NCBI RefSeq assembly: GCF_037042905.1
Contig: NC_087250.1
Coordinates: 26,786,001 to 26,850,000, forward strand
Length of the DNA stretch: 64,000 bases
Direction: 5' to 3'
Source of the DNA: Lytechinus pictus
Lineage: Eukaryota
Positions 26,242 through 38,273 of this stretch are shown here, piece after piece. Each line of letters opens with the position of its first letter. Position 1 is the first letter of the stretch. A program made the translations under genes and the position numbers. Below the pieces are notes generated by a model. The model worked only from the letters and a program-made list of their open reading frames with translations. It did no database searches and was not told the DNA's origin.

Positions 26242-27250
26242 TTCCTCCCGGTTCCATCAGATTGCGACATATATTGACAAATCTATGAATTGACTATATT
26301 GTGCAATCTCAATAGAAAAATACAGATATGAAGAACTGACAGAGGAATGTAATATATGCCTATATGATTAAAACTGATTAAATACATGACATCAATAAAA
26401 TACCTCAAATACATAAAAAGCATGATCTGAGGACATAAACTTGTTTCTATAATAACTTGTTCATTTAAAAAGGTTGCTGGTCCAGCAAAATCAAATATCT
26501 TATCGCTTGAGACCAGCAAATATACACTTTGAGAAACAAGAACAAGTTAATGGTAAGTAATCCGGCCAGTCTGGCCCAGTTTTGTCTATGTATTGATAGT
26601 TGAAACAAAGAATATATTCTTATTTAGTGCAAGTCTAAAAGACTGAAAGAAGGTGTGTTCATCCTTCAAAGTGCACTTCTTTACATATAGATTGTTCAGG
26701 TTGACTCTTGGTCAGTGCTGCATATCAAGTTGTATATTGTACTATTAATAAGCATAATAATGAAATAAAGCCAATTTGGCTGGAGCTCTGTTACCAATAT
26801 ATAGGCCTGTACAATGTGACCTTTACAAATATGATATATGATTGGTAATATGTTTGAGCTCTTAAAAGCATGTAAAGTAATGATACTTCAACCAGATCTG
26901 GTGCAAATAAATATAACAACCTGGACTTGACATACATACATAGTATTTTCTCTTGAGAAAAACTACTACTATTTCAACATCCTGTATGACAATATTTCCA
27001 GGGTTGTTTATATTAGCCTTTGCAAACAAGGTAAAGGATCTATGGTTGAAATATCTATATCTTTTATGAAGTATAAAATATATACAAATATGATAAAAGA
27101 ATTATCTATTGCATAACCAGTGTTTGCACCAATTACTTCATATGTCACCTGAAGAGGTAAAAACTATTGAAAAATAAGAAGTGTGCCTTCACCTTCAGTG
27201 ACTATTAAAAGGAAATACAATGTATAACATAAATTTCAATTGCAGGACTT

Positions 27251-28795
27251 TCAGCAACTGATCAAGGAGATACTACTCCATTCTTGGGGTGGTGGCCAGG
27301 GAGGAAGGAGCCAAGGACAAGATGTAAGAAATGGGTTGTTACCTAAACTACAAACATACCTCTGGTTCCACCACAAGAAAGAACTGAGGAATTCAAGGAT
27401 AGAGAACTTAGGAGGGGTAATTCCCAAAAGTAATTGCACAAGATAACTTTGCCCATACTTGGCATCCTCAGTAGAGGCTCGACTGTCCTCTGACACAGTT
27501 ACAAGACTTGCATTATCTACACCTATATTATTTACAGTATCATCACTTACACATGTAGTATGTACAGTTACATCATCTACACATGTGGTATTTACAGTTA
27601 CTTCATCTACACTTAAGATATCTACATGTGTTATTGCTAAACGTTCTGGACAGTTCCTCTTAAAATGTCCAGATTTGTTGCATGCAAAACAAACATCACG
27701 ACAAGACACCTTGGATTCAGTGTCTTCTGTCGAAGGAGAACGTGTAGGCTCATTCAGCTCTTGAACAGCCGTGACCAATGCCTGGACTGTAGACTGTAAG
27801 GACTTCATCTGTGTCTCTAGAGATTGAAGGTTGTCGACCTTCTTCTCAATACTTGACAAACGGTCCTCCAGCCTGTCCAGACGAGAGGGCAGCTGAGCAT
27901 TAGAAGCGCGCCCGGAAACACCCATACGGTTGATTCTGGGATCCTCCTCAACAGTATCGTACGGCATTTGTCTTGCATACTTCTGCTTACACTGAAACAA
28001 CTGAACTCTGTAAATGGCTTCCTCAAGAGTCTGCGGATGTGAATTAAGAGCATATTGTCCCGCTTCATGGTCTAAGGAACCCTGGCAAAATTTATAAATG
28101 ATTTTCTTCCCAACAATCTCCTCAGGCTGTCCTTCAAATGCACGTGCGGCAAGAGATAAGACACAACGTGCCCAATCTATTTCAGATTCAGTTGTAGCCT
28201 GTTTTGACGAATTGAATATCAATTCGTCTTTAGGAGTCTCCTGGGAAACAAATCTTTGTTCAAACTTCTTGATCAAATTTGTATAGGTAATGCTTTGTTC
28301 GCGACCAAGAACTAATGCCAGAAATTCACTTGCACTTCCCTCTAAACAGTAGCAAAACTGATTGCGCTCTTGGGCTTGATCCCAACCATTTGTCTCAGAA
28401 TACAGTTGGAATTTACATAAGAAAGACTGCCAACTCCCTCTGCCATCGAAGGTCAAGAACTTGGGCAACGAGGAAACCCCCGCACCAGAAGTACTCCCAC
28501 GAGAATAAGAACTGTGGGCACCACAACCTCGATTGAAGGGGGGAGGCTTTGCACAATCATAACGGCATTTATTGGCACATTTAAGTACAAGATCTGCTAG
28601 ATGGAAATCGGATATACCATATGCCTGTGAATAATCAAACGTAGTACCAAACTCAACTACAAAATTGTCAGGATAATCTAGCTTGTATAGATTCCTTGCC
28701 AGTAAACCCTCAGTTAAGTATCTGTTTCTCGTACGAAGGTGTAAAATGTCTTCAACTAATCTTTGTTTTGCTCTAGCGATATCACTTTGCATCAT
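27251..28795 (-). CDS. gag: Retrotransposon Gag (capsid-like domain, coiled coil, CCHC zinc knuckle); first ATG at 28795
   Basis: Intact ORF with FDGRGSWQSFLCKF...NGW...LEGSASEF capsid-like motif, LDRLEDRLSSIEKKVDNL coiled coil and CFACNKSGHFKRNC knuckle. Confidence 0.9.
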   Translation of the reverse strand: MMQSDIARAKQRLVEDILHLRTRNRYLTEGLLARNLYKLDYPDNFVVEFGTTFDYSQAYGISDFHLADLVLKCANKCRYDCAKPPPFNRGCGAHSSYSRGSTSGAGVSSLPKFLTFDGRGSWQSFLCKFQLYSETNGWDQAQERNQFCYCLEGSASEFLALVLGREQSITYTNLIKKFEQRFVSQETPKDELIFNSSKQATTESEIDWARCVLSLAARAFEGQPEEIVGKKIIYKFCQGSLDHEAGQYALNSHPQTLEEAIYRVQLFQCKQKYARQMPYDTVEEDPRINRMGVSGRASNAQLPSRLDRLEDRLSSIEKKVDNLQSLETQMKSLQSTVQALVTAVQELNEPTRSPSTEDTESKVSCRDVCFACNKSGHFKRNCPERLAITHVDILSVDEVTVNTTCVDDVTVHTTCVSDDTVNNIGVDNASLVTVSEDSRASTEDAKYGQSYLVQLLLGITPPKFSILEFLSSFLWWNQRYVCSLGNNPFLTSCPWLLPPWPPPQEWSSISLISC

Positions 28796-31700
28796 TATGC
28801 ATTCCAAATAAATTCAGAAAAGTATTATTGATGATCACCCTGGTGATTCAAAGGCATACTCTTAAACATATTTATTAACTGTCATAAATCCAAATTCAAC
28901 GATCTACAGTGTATTAAACTTAACAGAATAAAACTTGCAGATCAGTGAAAGAACTTAACTACCGGTAGGTTTGATATACTTCTTTAATCCTGTGTCACTG
29001 AATACACTTACTGCCAAGGAAAGAGTGAAGTATTGCAATACTTGTACTGCTACGAACAAGCGTCTCAATAATAATAATAGATGTACACACTCCACTCCTG
29101 TAGCAATGGATATATTCAGTGAAAGTATATTTACAAATTACAGTGCAGCTTCAAGTTTCAGAGACTACACTTGTAGAATAGAATGTATCAAACTTGTACT
29201 ACTCTGAGTAATCGCAGAAGTGTCAATAAGTTTTACTTACTCTACGACTATTAAAAGAACCTAACAAGGATTCAACTTATCGAAGCCTCAACGATTTACA
29301 GGAGTAGCATTCAATAATAATTGTTTATTTCTGATGAATGCAATATATAAATGCAATATATAAATGTTTATTTCTGATGAATGCAATATATAAATGTCAA
29401 ACACACATTTATCCCACATCCAATTTTCTTTCTTTTTTTTCTTTTTTTTTAGAATGGGGATAAGTTACCAACTAAAAAATGATGAGACTACTATTTAGAA
29501 ATCAACTTGCGCAAAATGACAGCAGTGAATTTTGTACTTCACTGATGAATGGGATTCTAGAGCCTGAATAGAAATTTGCAAATTTTCAGCGCAAGAATGA
29601 TTCTCCAAAAATACAACAGAGCAAACTATTTGAACAAATTGATTTTTTTTTTGTATTTTTTTTTTCCAAAGAATGTTGATATCAAACATTTATTCTGATA
29701 TCAAAGATTGATAGTATCTGTACTTTCACTTAAAATCAGAGTAAAGAGTTGGTTTAATTAAAATAAGTATCTTCAAGAGCCTTATTAAAATTTAATTCAG
29801 TACTTCTTGTACCTTCAGTGAGATCTATCTTTCCTTAAAATCTAGAAATTAAATTTACAAGCAAGAATTATTCCAAAGAAAAATTCCTGATCTAACAATG
29901 CTTGTTAAAATTAATCAACTAAGAAAAACTGACTTTCAAACAGACACAAAGACAATCCAGGATAACCTCCAAGAAAAATTTCCTAGAAAGAACTAAGGGC
30001 CTGAAATTAAATTCCAAGTCCTCGTTCAAACAAGTTAACACCGAGTCAAAAGGCAAAGCAAAACAATTGCACTTGTTGGCTCCAGGTATACACTGTCGGG
30101 AAATTACAAACACCTGAGAGATTAAACAAGATTATCGGCTGCAAAGATTCCTAAAATCCTAAGTAATAATGGGATTTGATATCAAATTAAGACAATAGGA
30201 TTTTCTAACCTGGACTAAATTAAGTATTTTAGCGTTAGGGTTAGAAATTGAACTTCCAAGATTTTTAGTAATCTGGACAAGTGCTTATTTACTGATCCAC
30301 TAATCTAAGTAAATTAAAGATCCAAAAAGACTAACGTTAATTTTAACCTCTGTATTGTTAACGTTAAATCTGAAGGTAAGCTCAGAAGATTAATTAAATA
30401 AATTCTTTTGAGTTTCCAGTGAGACAGTCGAACTGACTGTATCTCATCAAAGATACAAAACTGCAAAGTGCTACTGCACAAACGGTCACAGGTAGTCTAG
30501 TAATATAAACTCGATGTACCGGTACGGTACCGTACCCGGTACACCAGACAAAGCTAAGCCTAACTAAGCTTGGGCCCTCGGGGAAATAAATTTAACTAGA
30601 TCTACGAAAAAGAAATATGACAATATTGAAACAAGGAATTTATCTCTGTTTGCATAAATATTGAGTCAGAAGCGATTGACAGCTAAATCCATCAAATTGT
30701 CAGTAAAAATCGACGAAATGAAAACTCGTTCAGAATTTGCCTTCACGGAGACGATAGCCGGCTCGTGAACGTTTTCCCTGCCTGGAGCTACGGGCCAGAT
30801 AGAGAGGTGCGTTGCGCTGGGGTTGGTTTGGAAACTGCGCGACGTTAGACCTAAAATTAACTAATAAAGAATGATCAAATTACAAAAACAACTTCTACGA
30901 GTTCCTGCTTGGAACTAATCTTTAGAATAAATCAACAGTCAATCGCGATAATCGTATAAAGTCAGAGTTTAGCAAATTCTAACTCTGATCGACTGTGGTG
31001 TTTACTTCAACGAGAGTCGATCTCGATCAAGTGAAAAATATAAGTCACGTGATTCGGCTCGGCAGTCTTTCGCCAAGCGAGCTAGGCGATCGAGGGTAGA
31101 TTGTACTAGTCAAAAACAATCTTGTTACTTTTTGACTTGCAATTAAATGGTAATCAAAATAAGCACATAGATTTATCAATGTGTTGATTCAATTTTAGTT
31201 CGAATCAAAACGACATATAAACATGTAACATGAAGAACATAGAGAACAATTTATCTAAGTTATCAAGAAATTAATAGCCTACCGGTTTCTCTGCAAAACT
31301 ACACAATTTCAAAAAATTATGGAGCCTACACCCAACCAGCCCAAACTACCAATTATTTGATGTGGAAGATGAAATTATTCAGACTTCTCTTTCCCAGTCC
31401 CAACGGGTCTGACACTGGTATTGACAGAAGTCTATTCACATAAATATTTCAGACGTCTATTTTTTCCAGTCCCAACGGGTCTGACACTGGAATTATTTAT
31501 AGAAGTCTATATATTCACACACAATTCTACCGAATGGGTGAACAATTAGCAACAATGAATAACAATAACTTTTAGATTGAATTTAAGACAATGACAATCA
31601 CAGTTATTACAAGAAACAATCACAATATGAGATGTGATGAATGAAATGCTTTAAGAAAATTCACAAGATGTGTATTAATTAAAACAATAATCAAGAGTAT

Positions 31701-32768
31701 ATTTTTCAAGTTACAGGTAAGATCCGAAGCTCAGAAAAACCCACCTATTTTTCTAGTAACAGGTAAGATCTGAAGTTCAGAAAAACCAACCTATAACCAA
31801 CGACACAAGTGTAATTTCGAGTTGGGTAAATGTTTGAAGTAAATTCAGATTACTAAACTCGGCAGCCAGGAGTATTAGAACTTCTAACACTCTTTCTGCC
31901 ACCCAATGTGTACAGAACTGGTTGTAAAAACACTTGCTGAATGTCGATAAAAAACATACACTGAAAATAGAAATGTATGAACAGCAACTCTACGCCCTCA
32001 AAAGATTAGTACACTGCCCAATACAAGAGTATGAAATTCTAGGAAACTTACACCATCTGGAATAATTACTGAGGATCGATAGAGGACTCAAATTTCAAGT
32101 TCAAACTTTTTCAATCCAATAAAACCACCAAATACTCACACCCGACTTTTTTTGAAGTGGTGTGGTGTGAACGTTCCGAATTCGGAAGAAATCTTAAAGA
32201 CAATGGCGGACTAAAAATATCCAAGCCTAGATGCAGATTTCAAAGAATTCACAAACAAAAGCAACGAGACGGTATAATAAAGTTACGCAAAAATATGCAA
32301 GGAACGAAATTCTTGATCGCGAGCCAAACAATAGAAGAGACTCGCGAAGAATGCGATAAGAAATGCAAGTGCAACTAAACAATGTAGGGCGTATGCACCG
32401 TGTGCATAGAGTCGACCACGTGCGTTGCAATGAAAATGCAACGCAGTGGACATGAAATAACTTCCCAGATATGGCAAATATGTATCAAAATTGACTTGTA
32501 TCAAACAAGAAATTATATCATGTACGGAAAAATGGTAAAACTAAAACAAGATGTGTGCGAGATGCATGCGAATCCACGCAATTACGGCACGCAAAATGAC
32601 AATTCTCGGTAGAGAGCGGAAAACTTTCCACTCACTCTCCGTTCGTTATACACTTCAAAATCACTCACAAATGACTTTCATGAGCAAGTATGAAGTATGA
32701 ACGGACATGAAATGATGAAAATGAAAATGACAGGCGCACAGGACGATCCGAAAACTCGCAATCGCCAA

Positions 32769-33336
32769 TGTTGTAAAAACTGTATAGGTTGATGGTGAGG
32801 GTGACTGATGTGATGGCACGAGATACGATAAGTTACGATGGCGAGTGGTTAATTATGACAAGTACAACACTGACAAGGGTTACGACTCACTAATACACAA
32901 ATGGGTTACTTCGACGGTACGGGACAGTGACAACAACTTATACTCACCTGACACTTGTACAGGCGATGCCACACGGTAGAAACAGGAACATTTATACTAA
33001 TCACAGGTTCGGTAGATACTTCTAACTTAGTTGTAGACCATGGCGCCAAGTGGGGAACAGCTGGGATGCGTGTCCACACTCGATGGCGTCTCGGGGTCTT
33101 CTCTCAGTGTTGTCTAGTCTGGATCTAATCTCTCAGCACCAGCTTGTGTACGTGCTGTGCAACGCACACACGTAGCAGGCGTAGGAGCATATAAAGGCTC
33201 CTCCAATCAGGAGCGCTCCTCGCATACACACAGCACATACACAGACTTAATATACATGAACATAGATCAATACATATATACTAATACACAGACTAATACA
33301 TATATGGTACTACAGGTACATGGCAAATTTACTACA
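32769..33336 (-). repeat. 5' LTR
   Basis: Followed on the minus strand by T-TGGCG... (PBS-like); TG/CA termini. Confidence 0.92.
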
Positions 33337-33352
33337 TTTATATAGGGCCTTG

Positions 33353-34308
33353 GGATTTTCTGAACACGCTTCAAGTCTCATCGCCCTCTCTTGGCGAGAT
33401 AGAACCAACCAATTCGAATCGGCATGGAAGCAGTGGCTTCGCTGGTGTGGTGAACAATCGATTGATCCCTTTAAATCATGCTTAGTTAATGTAATTAACT
33501 TTCTTAGTTCTGAACAAAGTCAGGGAAAATCGTATTCTACTATTAACTCATATCGCTCAGCGCTCTCTTCTGTTCTTCCTCCAATTGAAGGTTATGCTAT
33601 TGGCAAACATCCCATGGTAGTTAGGTTATTAAAGGGAATATTCAATGCTAATCCTCCTAAACCAAGGTATCAAAATACCTGGGAAGTGTCCCGAGTGTTG
33701 GATTATTTATGTTCATTGGCAGAGAATAGCCAACTTTCTTTATTTCAATTAAGTAAAAAACTTGTGTCGTTAGTGGCGCTTGTAACAGCGCAACGTATAC
33801 AGACACTCAACCATCTGGATATTTCTTTCTTGCACATTTCTGATGATCGTGCAGTTTTTCAAGTCATGGAAATCTTGAAAACCACAACTCCAAAACGGAG
33901 TATTGCAAATCAACTAGTTGAACTTCCTTCCTTTCCTTTGAATAAGAAATTGTGTGTTTTATCAACCCTCAATTAGGAATATCTTTATCGTACTAAACCG
34001 CTTCGTGAGTGTCATGGTCAATCAAAGCTCTTTATTTCTACTAAGAAACCTCACAAATCTTTATGTTCCAGTCCTTTGGCAAGATGGCTGAAATCCACTT
34101 TTTGTGCTTCGGGCATTGATACCTCAGTGTTTTCAGCTCATAGTTTCAGAAGTGCAGCTACCTCTTCTGCATACGCACATGGCGTCACATTGAAAGAAAT
34201 AATGAAGAAAGCTGACGGTCAAATGCCCGAACTTTCAAACAATTTTACCACAAACCCATCGTCGTTACAGATTCTTTTGCGTCTTCCGTTTTGGAACAAA
34301 CTTCATAA
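33353..34308 (+). pseudogene. DIRS-type tyrosine recombinase remnant
   Basis: Motifs SWR...KSYSTINSYRSALS...GKHPMVVRLLKG...PKPRY..TW, AQR (catalytic R) and AHSFRSA (HxxR). In-frame TAG at 33974-33976; a frameshift at ~34217 precedes (W)SNARTFKQFYHKPI, which carries the catalytic Y. Confidence 0.9.
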
Positions 34309-36901
34309 ATAAATGGTTTTTACCCCATGACATATCACTTTGACGTAGAGTTAAAGCTGTAATTGAATAGATTTTGTTAGTTTAAGAAGGGCGAAGTCAT
34401 TTAGTCTGTGCGTTTTCCGATCACTCATGATAATTCTACATGGGTGTGAAATGTTGTTTTTCCTTTTTTGTAAGAAAGTGTTAATTTTTCCTCCCGAGTG
34501 TTTTTTCAATCATCGATTCCTATTTATAGGGTCCCTTACCTCATTAGAATTTTAAATTACTTTGAATTTCTTTTGTGTGGTCTCTCTGCCTAGCACCTGG
34601 AAATATGCTAACCCTCTTCGACTTGTACTACATTATTACTAATAGAATTCTTATTATACTTCATGTTATTTGCATAATTTAGGAATTATATGACATATCA
34701 ATATAGATTAGTCACCCATCCACCTATTATATTAGTAGGTCCTACAAGATTAAACTAGAACAATGTCAACTAGAACAATGTTTGGCTGTAGATGGCGCTA
34801 TTTATATTACTGGTAAGGTCGGATTTGACACTTCAATTTGCCATCAGGGGCCCTATTTCATAAAATTTGTTTTAATAACAAATCAAGTTTGCGATAGCAG
34901 TTAAACGCTACTCAAATACTAAAATCTGATTGGCCGATAGCAAATTTGTTATCGAAATTATGCATTTCGCATTATGACAAGTCTATATGAAACAGGATTT
35001 ACAATTTAAATGTTCTACTCTCAAAGGGAAAAATTGACCCTGAAAATAAGTTGTTAATAAAAGCTAAACAACAGAAACAAAAAGCAATAGTTGGGATTAT
35101 TTTTTAGTTTATACACTCATATATTTCATCGATGATATGTTGTCCGATAGAAACTTCCAAAATGGATTTTTCATATTGTCACTGTTATCATTGTCATTTA
35201 CCATTATCGTCTTTCGTGTTATTGCTATTGCTGTTGGTATTATCATAGTAATGTCAGTCACAGTTTTTCATTATTGTTATAAATATAAATCAGCCATATT
35301 ATAAGTTGTTGTGGTATAATTTGTAAAACCAACTCCAGTACTGTCATCGCTCTAGCTTCTAGAAAGCAGATGTAAAGTGCAGCCATTGGAGACGAAAACT
35401 GTTGTTGAAGTTAATATTATTCCAAAGCGGTCCTTTTATATCGGTGTAATATTGATAACGATAATATCTTATTTTTCATACGTATTATATTCCCAGCTGT
35501 TATTGACTTACTGCTTTCCAAAATATGACTAATCTATAGAGACAGAAACATAGAGAGAACTGACAATCCACCTTTGAAGGTGGTTTCATTGTGATATAAT
35601 TACGATTATAAAAAGTCTGCAAAAAAGTTAAAACTGCACACGCAGAAAAGTACGCAACTTCGAACAACTTCAAAACTACAACTGTAAACAACTTTAAAGA
35701 GGTTGTACACTAATGTAACAACATTAATTGTTAAATTCATAAAAAATGAAAGAGATATGTATGTAAAGCGCAACCTCAAAACCTATTTAAACAAAACACC
35801 AAAAACAGATAAGATGGGAAAATCAATTAGTACGTACATTTATCAACGAGATAGAATCGACATCATTTGTAATTATTTTTATTTTATACAGGCTTTTCGT
35901 CGCAAATGCTTTGTCACCAACGTCATAAAGTAATATTAATGCGAGCTTATGAGCTGCAGGAAACATTTCTGCAAAGCTACTCTGTGCGACGCATTATTAC
36001 GTCAACGTATCAATATACCAATGTATTTTCACAAATAATCATAAATGCACAGATGTATTTGATTTTGATTATCGACTCCCATTGTCGTTCACGGTATACA
36101 ACATACGTGTGTTATTTATTATGAAATGGTATAACTGTAGTACACATGGTATATTTGTCTTCCAAGATGCTCCATGAATAATAATAACATAATGCACAAC
36201 TGTACATGTAAGTGCACTCAAATTGTGTCACAACATTTTTTTAAAATCAAACTCTTTAAACTTGAATACTCTAACACTGTTTTGTTGTGGATGGTACCGA
36301 TTAAAAGACATGTTCCAGTGGATGTGATTTTCTATGAAATATTTTGATCACTTTCTTCTTCTTCTTCTTCTTCATCTTGTTGATATAAAATAACTTCATG
36401 GAATTTCTTGAAAATGTCAGAAAATATCCTTTGCTCATTGCTTTTTGATACGGTACCACTAAAGTCATGAAAATAATTGAATTTTGCATTCAAAGAAAAT
36501 TAATAACCGTGATAGTGAAATAAATGTATACAAAAGTAACATGACATTATTTATAAAGAAACAAAGGATTCAAAATAGAACCCTTTTCAAGATTGCCATT
36601 CGCGCCGATATATCAATGTTATTCACAGTTTTTAATTCTTAACTCCGAACAGCTTCAAAAAAAATATATTACACTAACTGCAAAGGAAGCAAGAAAAGAC
36701 AGATACTCATGTTTACTCTAAGCTAGGATATATAAGATTGACAAGAGTTTATTGCCCCAAAATTAGAAGACGGTCCAAAAATACAGAAACATTTACAGAA
36801 AAGGTTCACAAAGAAATCACCTATAAGTGTATTAAACGCGGCTAGTTTTATAATAGCATGGTGTTACTCTAAATGAACTTCAATGTATTCTTTGTATCTT
36901 A

Positions 36902-37758
36902 AGGCCACCGCACACCTTACGACCCGACTGGTCGGCGACTGGCTTGCGACTGAGAGAGGGGATCCGGAGATGAATCGCAATTAAAGGCCACCGCACACCT
37001 TACGACCCGACCAGTCGCCGACTGGCTTGCGACTGGGTGAGGGGAGATGTGACGTCACAGCGCATGTCAGCTTCAGAGTCGCAGACCGGTCAGAGACAAG
37101 TCGCAAGGAAAATCGGAAGGATTTGACATGTCGAATCCTTATGACTGGATCGCAAGCTCAATCCAAATTCCAGCCAATCAGACAGCAGAGTTGCACGACG
37201 CGTATATGATAAACAACGCGCATACGCAGTAGTAAACGCATTCTCTTTGTTGTTATGCCAAAAAGCAAAAAGCGCATGCGTGAGTCGCAAATCGGATCGC
37301 AAGGTGTGCGGTGTCGTGGCTTATGACTACCTTGCGATTCATCTCCCCTCTCTCAGTCGCAAGCCAGTCGCCGACCAGTCGGGTCGTAAGGTGTGCGGTG
37401 GCCTTAAGGCAGTCATAAGCCTCGACACCGCACACCTTGCGATCCGATCTGCGACTCACGCATGCGCTTTTTGCTTTTTGGCATAGCATGCAACTGAGAA
37501 AGTGCACTTACTACTGCGTATGCGCGTTGTTTATCATAATACGCATCGTGCAACTCTGCTGTGTGATTGGCTGGAAGTTGGATTGAGCTTGCGATCCAGT
37601 CATAAGGATTCGACAGGTCAAATCCTTCCGATTTTCCTTGCGACTTGTCTCTGACCGGTCTGCGACTCGAAGCTGACAAGAGCTGTGACGTCACATCTCC
37701 CCTCACCCAGTCGCAAGCCAGTCGGCGACTGGTCGGGTCGTAAGGTGTGCGGTGGCCT
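36902..37758. mobile_element. PIF/Harbinger-like MITE copy A, interrupted by copy B
   Basis: TIR AGGCCACCGCACACCTTACGACCCGAC; TTA at 36899-36901 and 37759-37761. Confidence 0.85.
36985..37404. mobile_element. Same MITE family, copy B, nested in A in the opposite orientation
   Basis: TAA TSD at 36982-36984 and 37405-37407; body is the reverse complement of copy C. Confidence 0.85.
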
Positions 37759-37850
37759 TTAGGTCCGACGTACATAAATTTTTTTTCACTTAAAATATAT
37801 CTTTAGTTTACATTTTTACACAGGTCGAACAGAAAGGCTAAGTATGGTAA

Positions 37851-38273
37851 AGGCCAACGCACACCTTACGACCCGACCGGTCGCCGACTGGCTTGCGACT
37901 CAGTGAGGGGAGATGAATCGCAAGGCAGTCATAAGCCTCGACACCGCACACCTTGCGATCCGATCTGCGACTCACGCATGCGCTTTTTGCTTTTTGGCAT
38001 AGCATCTGAGAAATTGCGCTCAATACTGCGTATGCGCGTTGTTTATCATAATACGCGTTATATGCAACTCTGCTGTCTGATTGGCTGGAGGTTGGATTGA
38101 GCTTGCGATCCAGTCATAAGGATTCGACATGTCAAATCCTTCCGATTTTCCTTGCGACTTGTCTCTGACCGGTCTGCGACGCTCAAGCTGGCAAGAGCTA
38201 TGACGTCACATCTCGCCTCACCCAGTCGCAAGCCAGTCGGCGACTGGTCGGGTCGTAAGGTGTGCGGTGGCCT
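37851..38273. mobile_element. Same MITE family, copy C (uninterrupted)
   Basis: TAA TSD at 37848-37850 and 38274-38276. Confidence 0.85.

Larger units (their letters stand above)
25698..33336 (-). mobile_element. Gag-only, pol-less Gypsy-type LTR retroelement (7.6 kb)
   Basis: TG...CA ends; TTTA TSD at 25694-25697 and 33337-33340; LTRs at 25698-26241 and 32769-33336; PBS-like TGGCGATTGCG next to the 5' LTR; polypurine tract GGAACCGGGAGGAA next to the 3' LTR. Confidence 0.92.
19581..33352. mobile_element. Non-autonomous P-element-like TIR transposon carrying nested insertions
   Basis: 29-bp TIR CAAGGCCCTATATAAACAAGGTTGCGACA; the right copy is split by the LTR element (25681-25697 plus 33341-33352). 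TSD tGATTTTC/gGATTTTC (7 of 8 match). Subterminal inverted 12-mer at 19644 and 25637. Confidence 0.8.
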
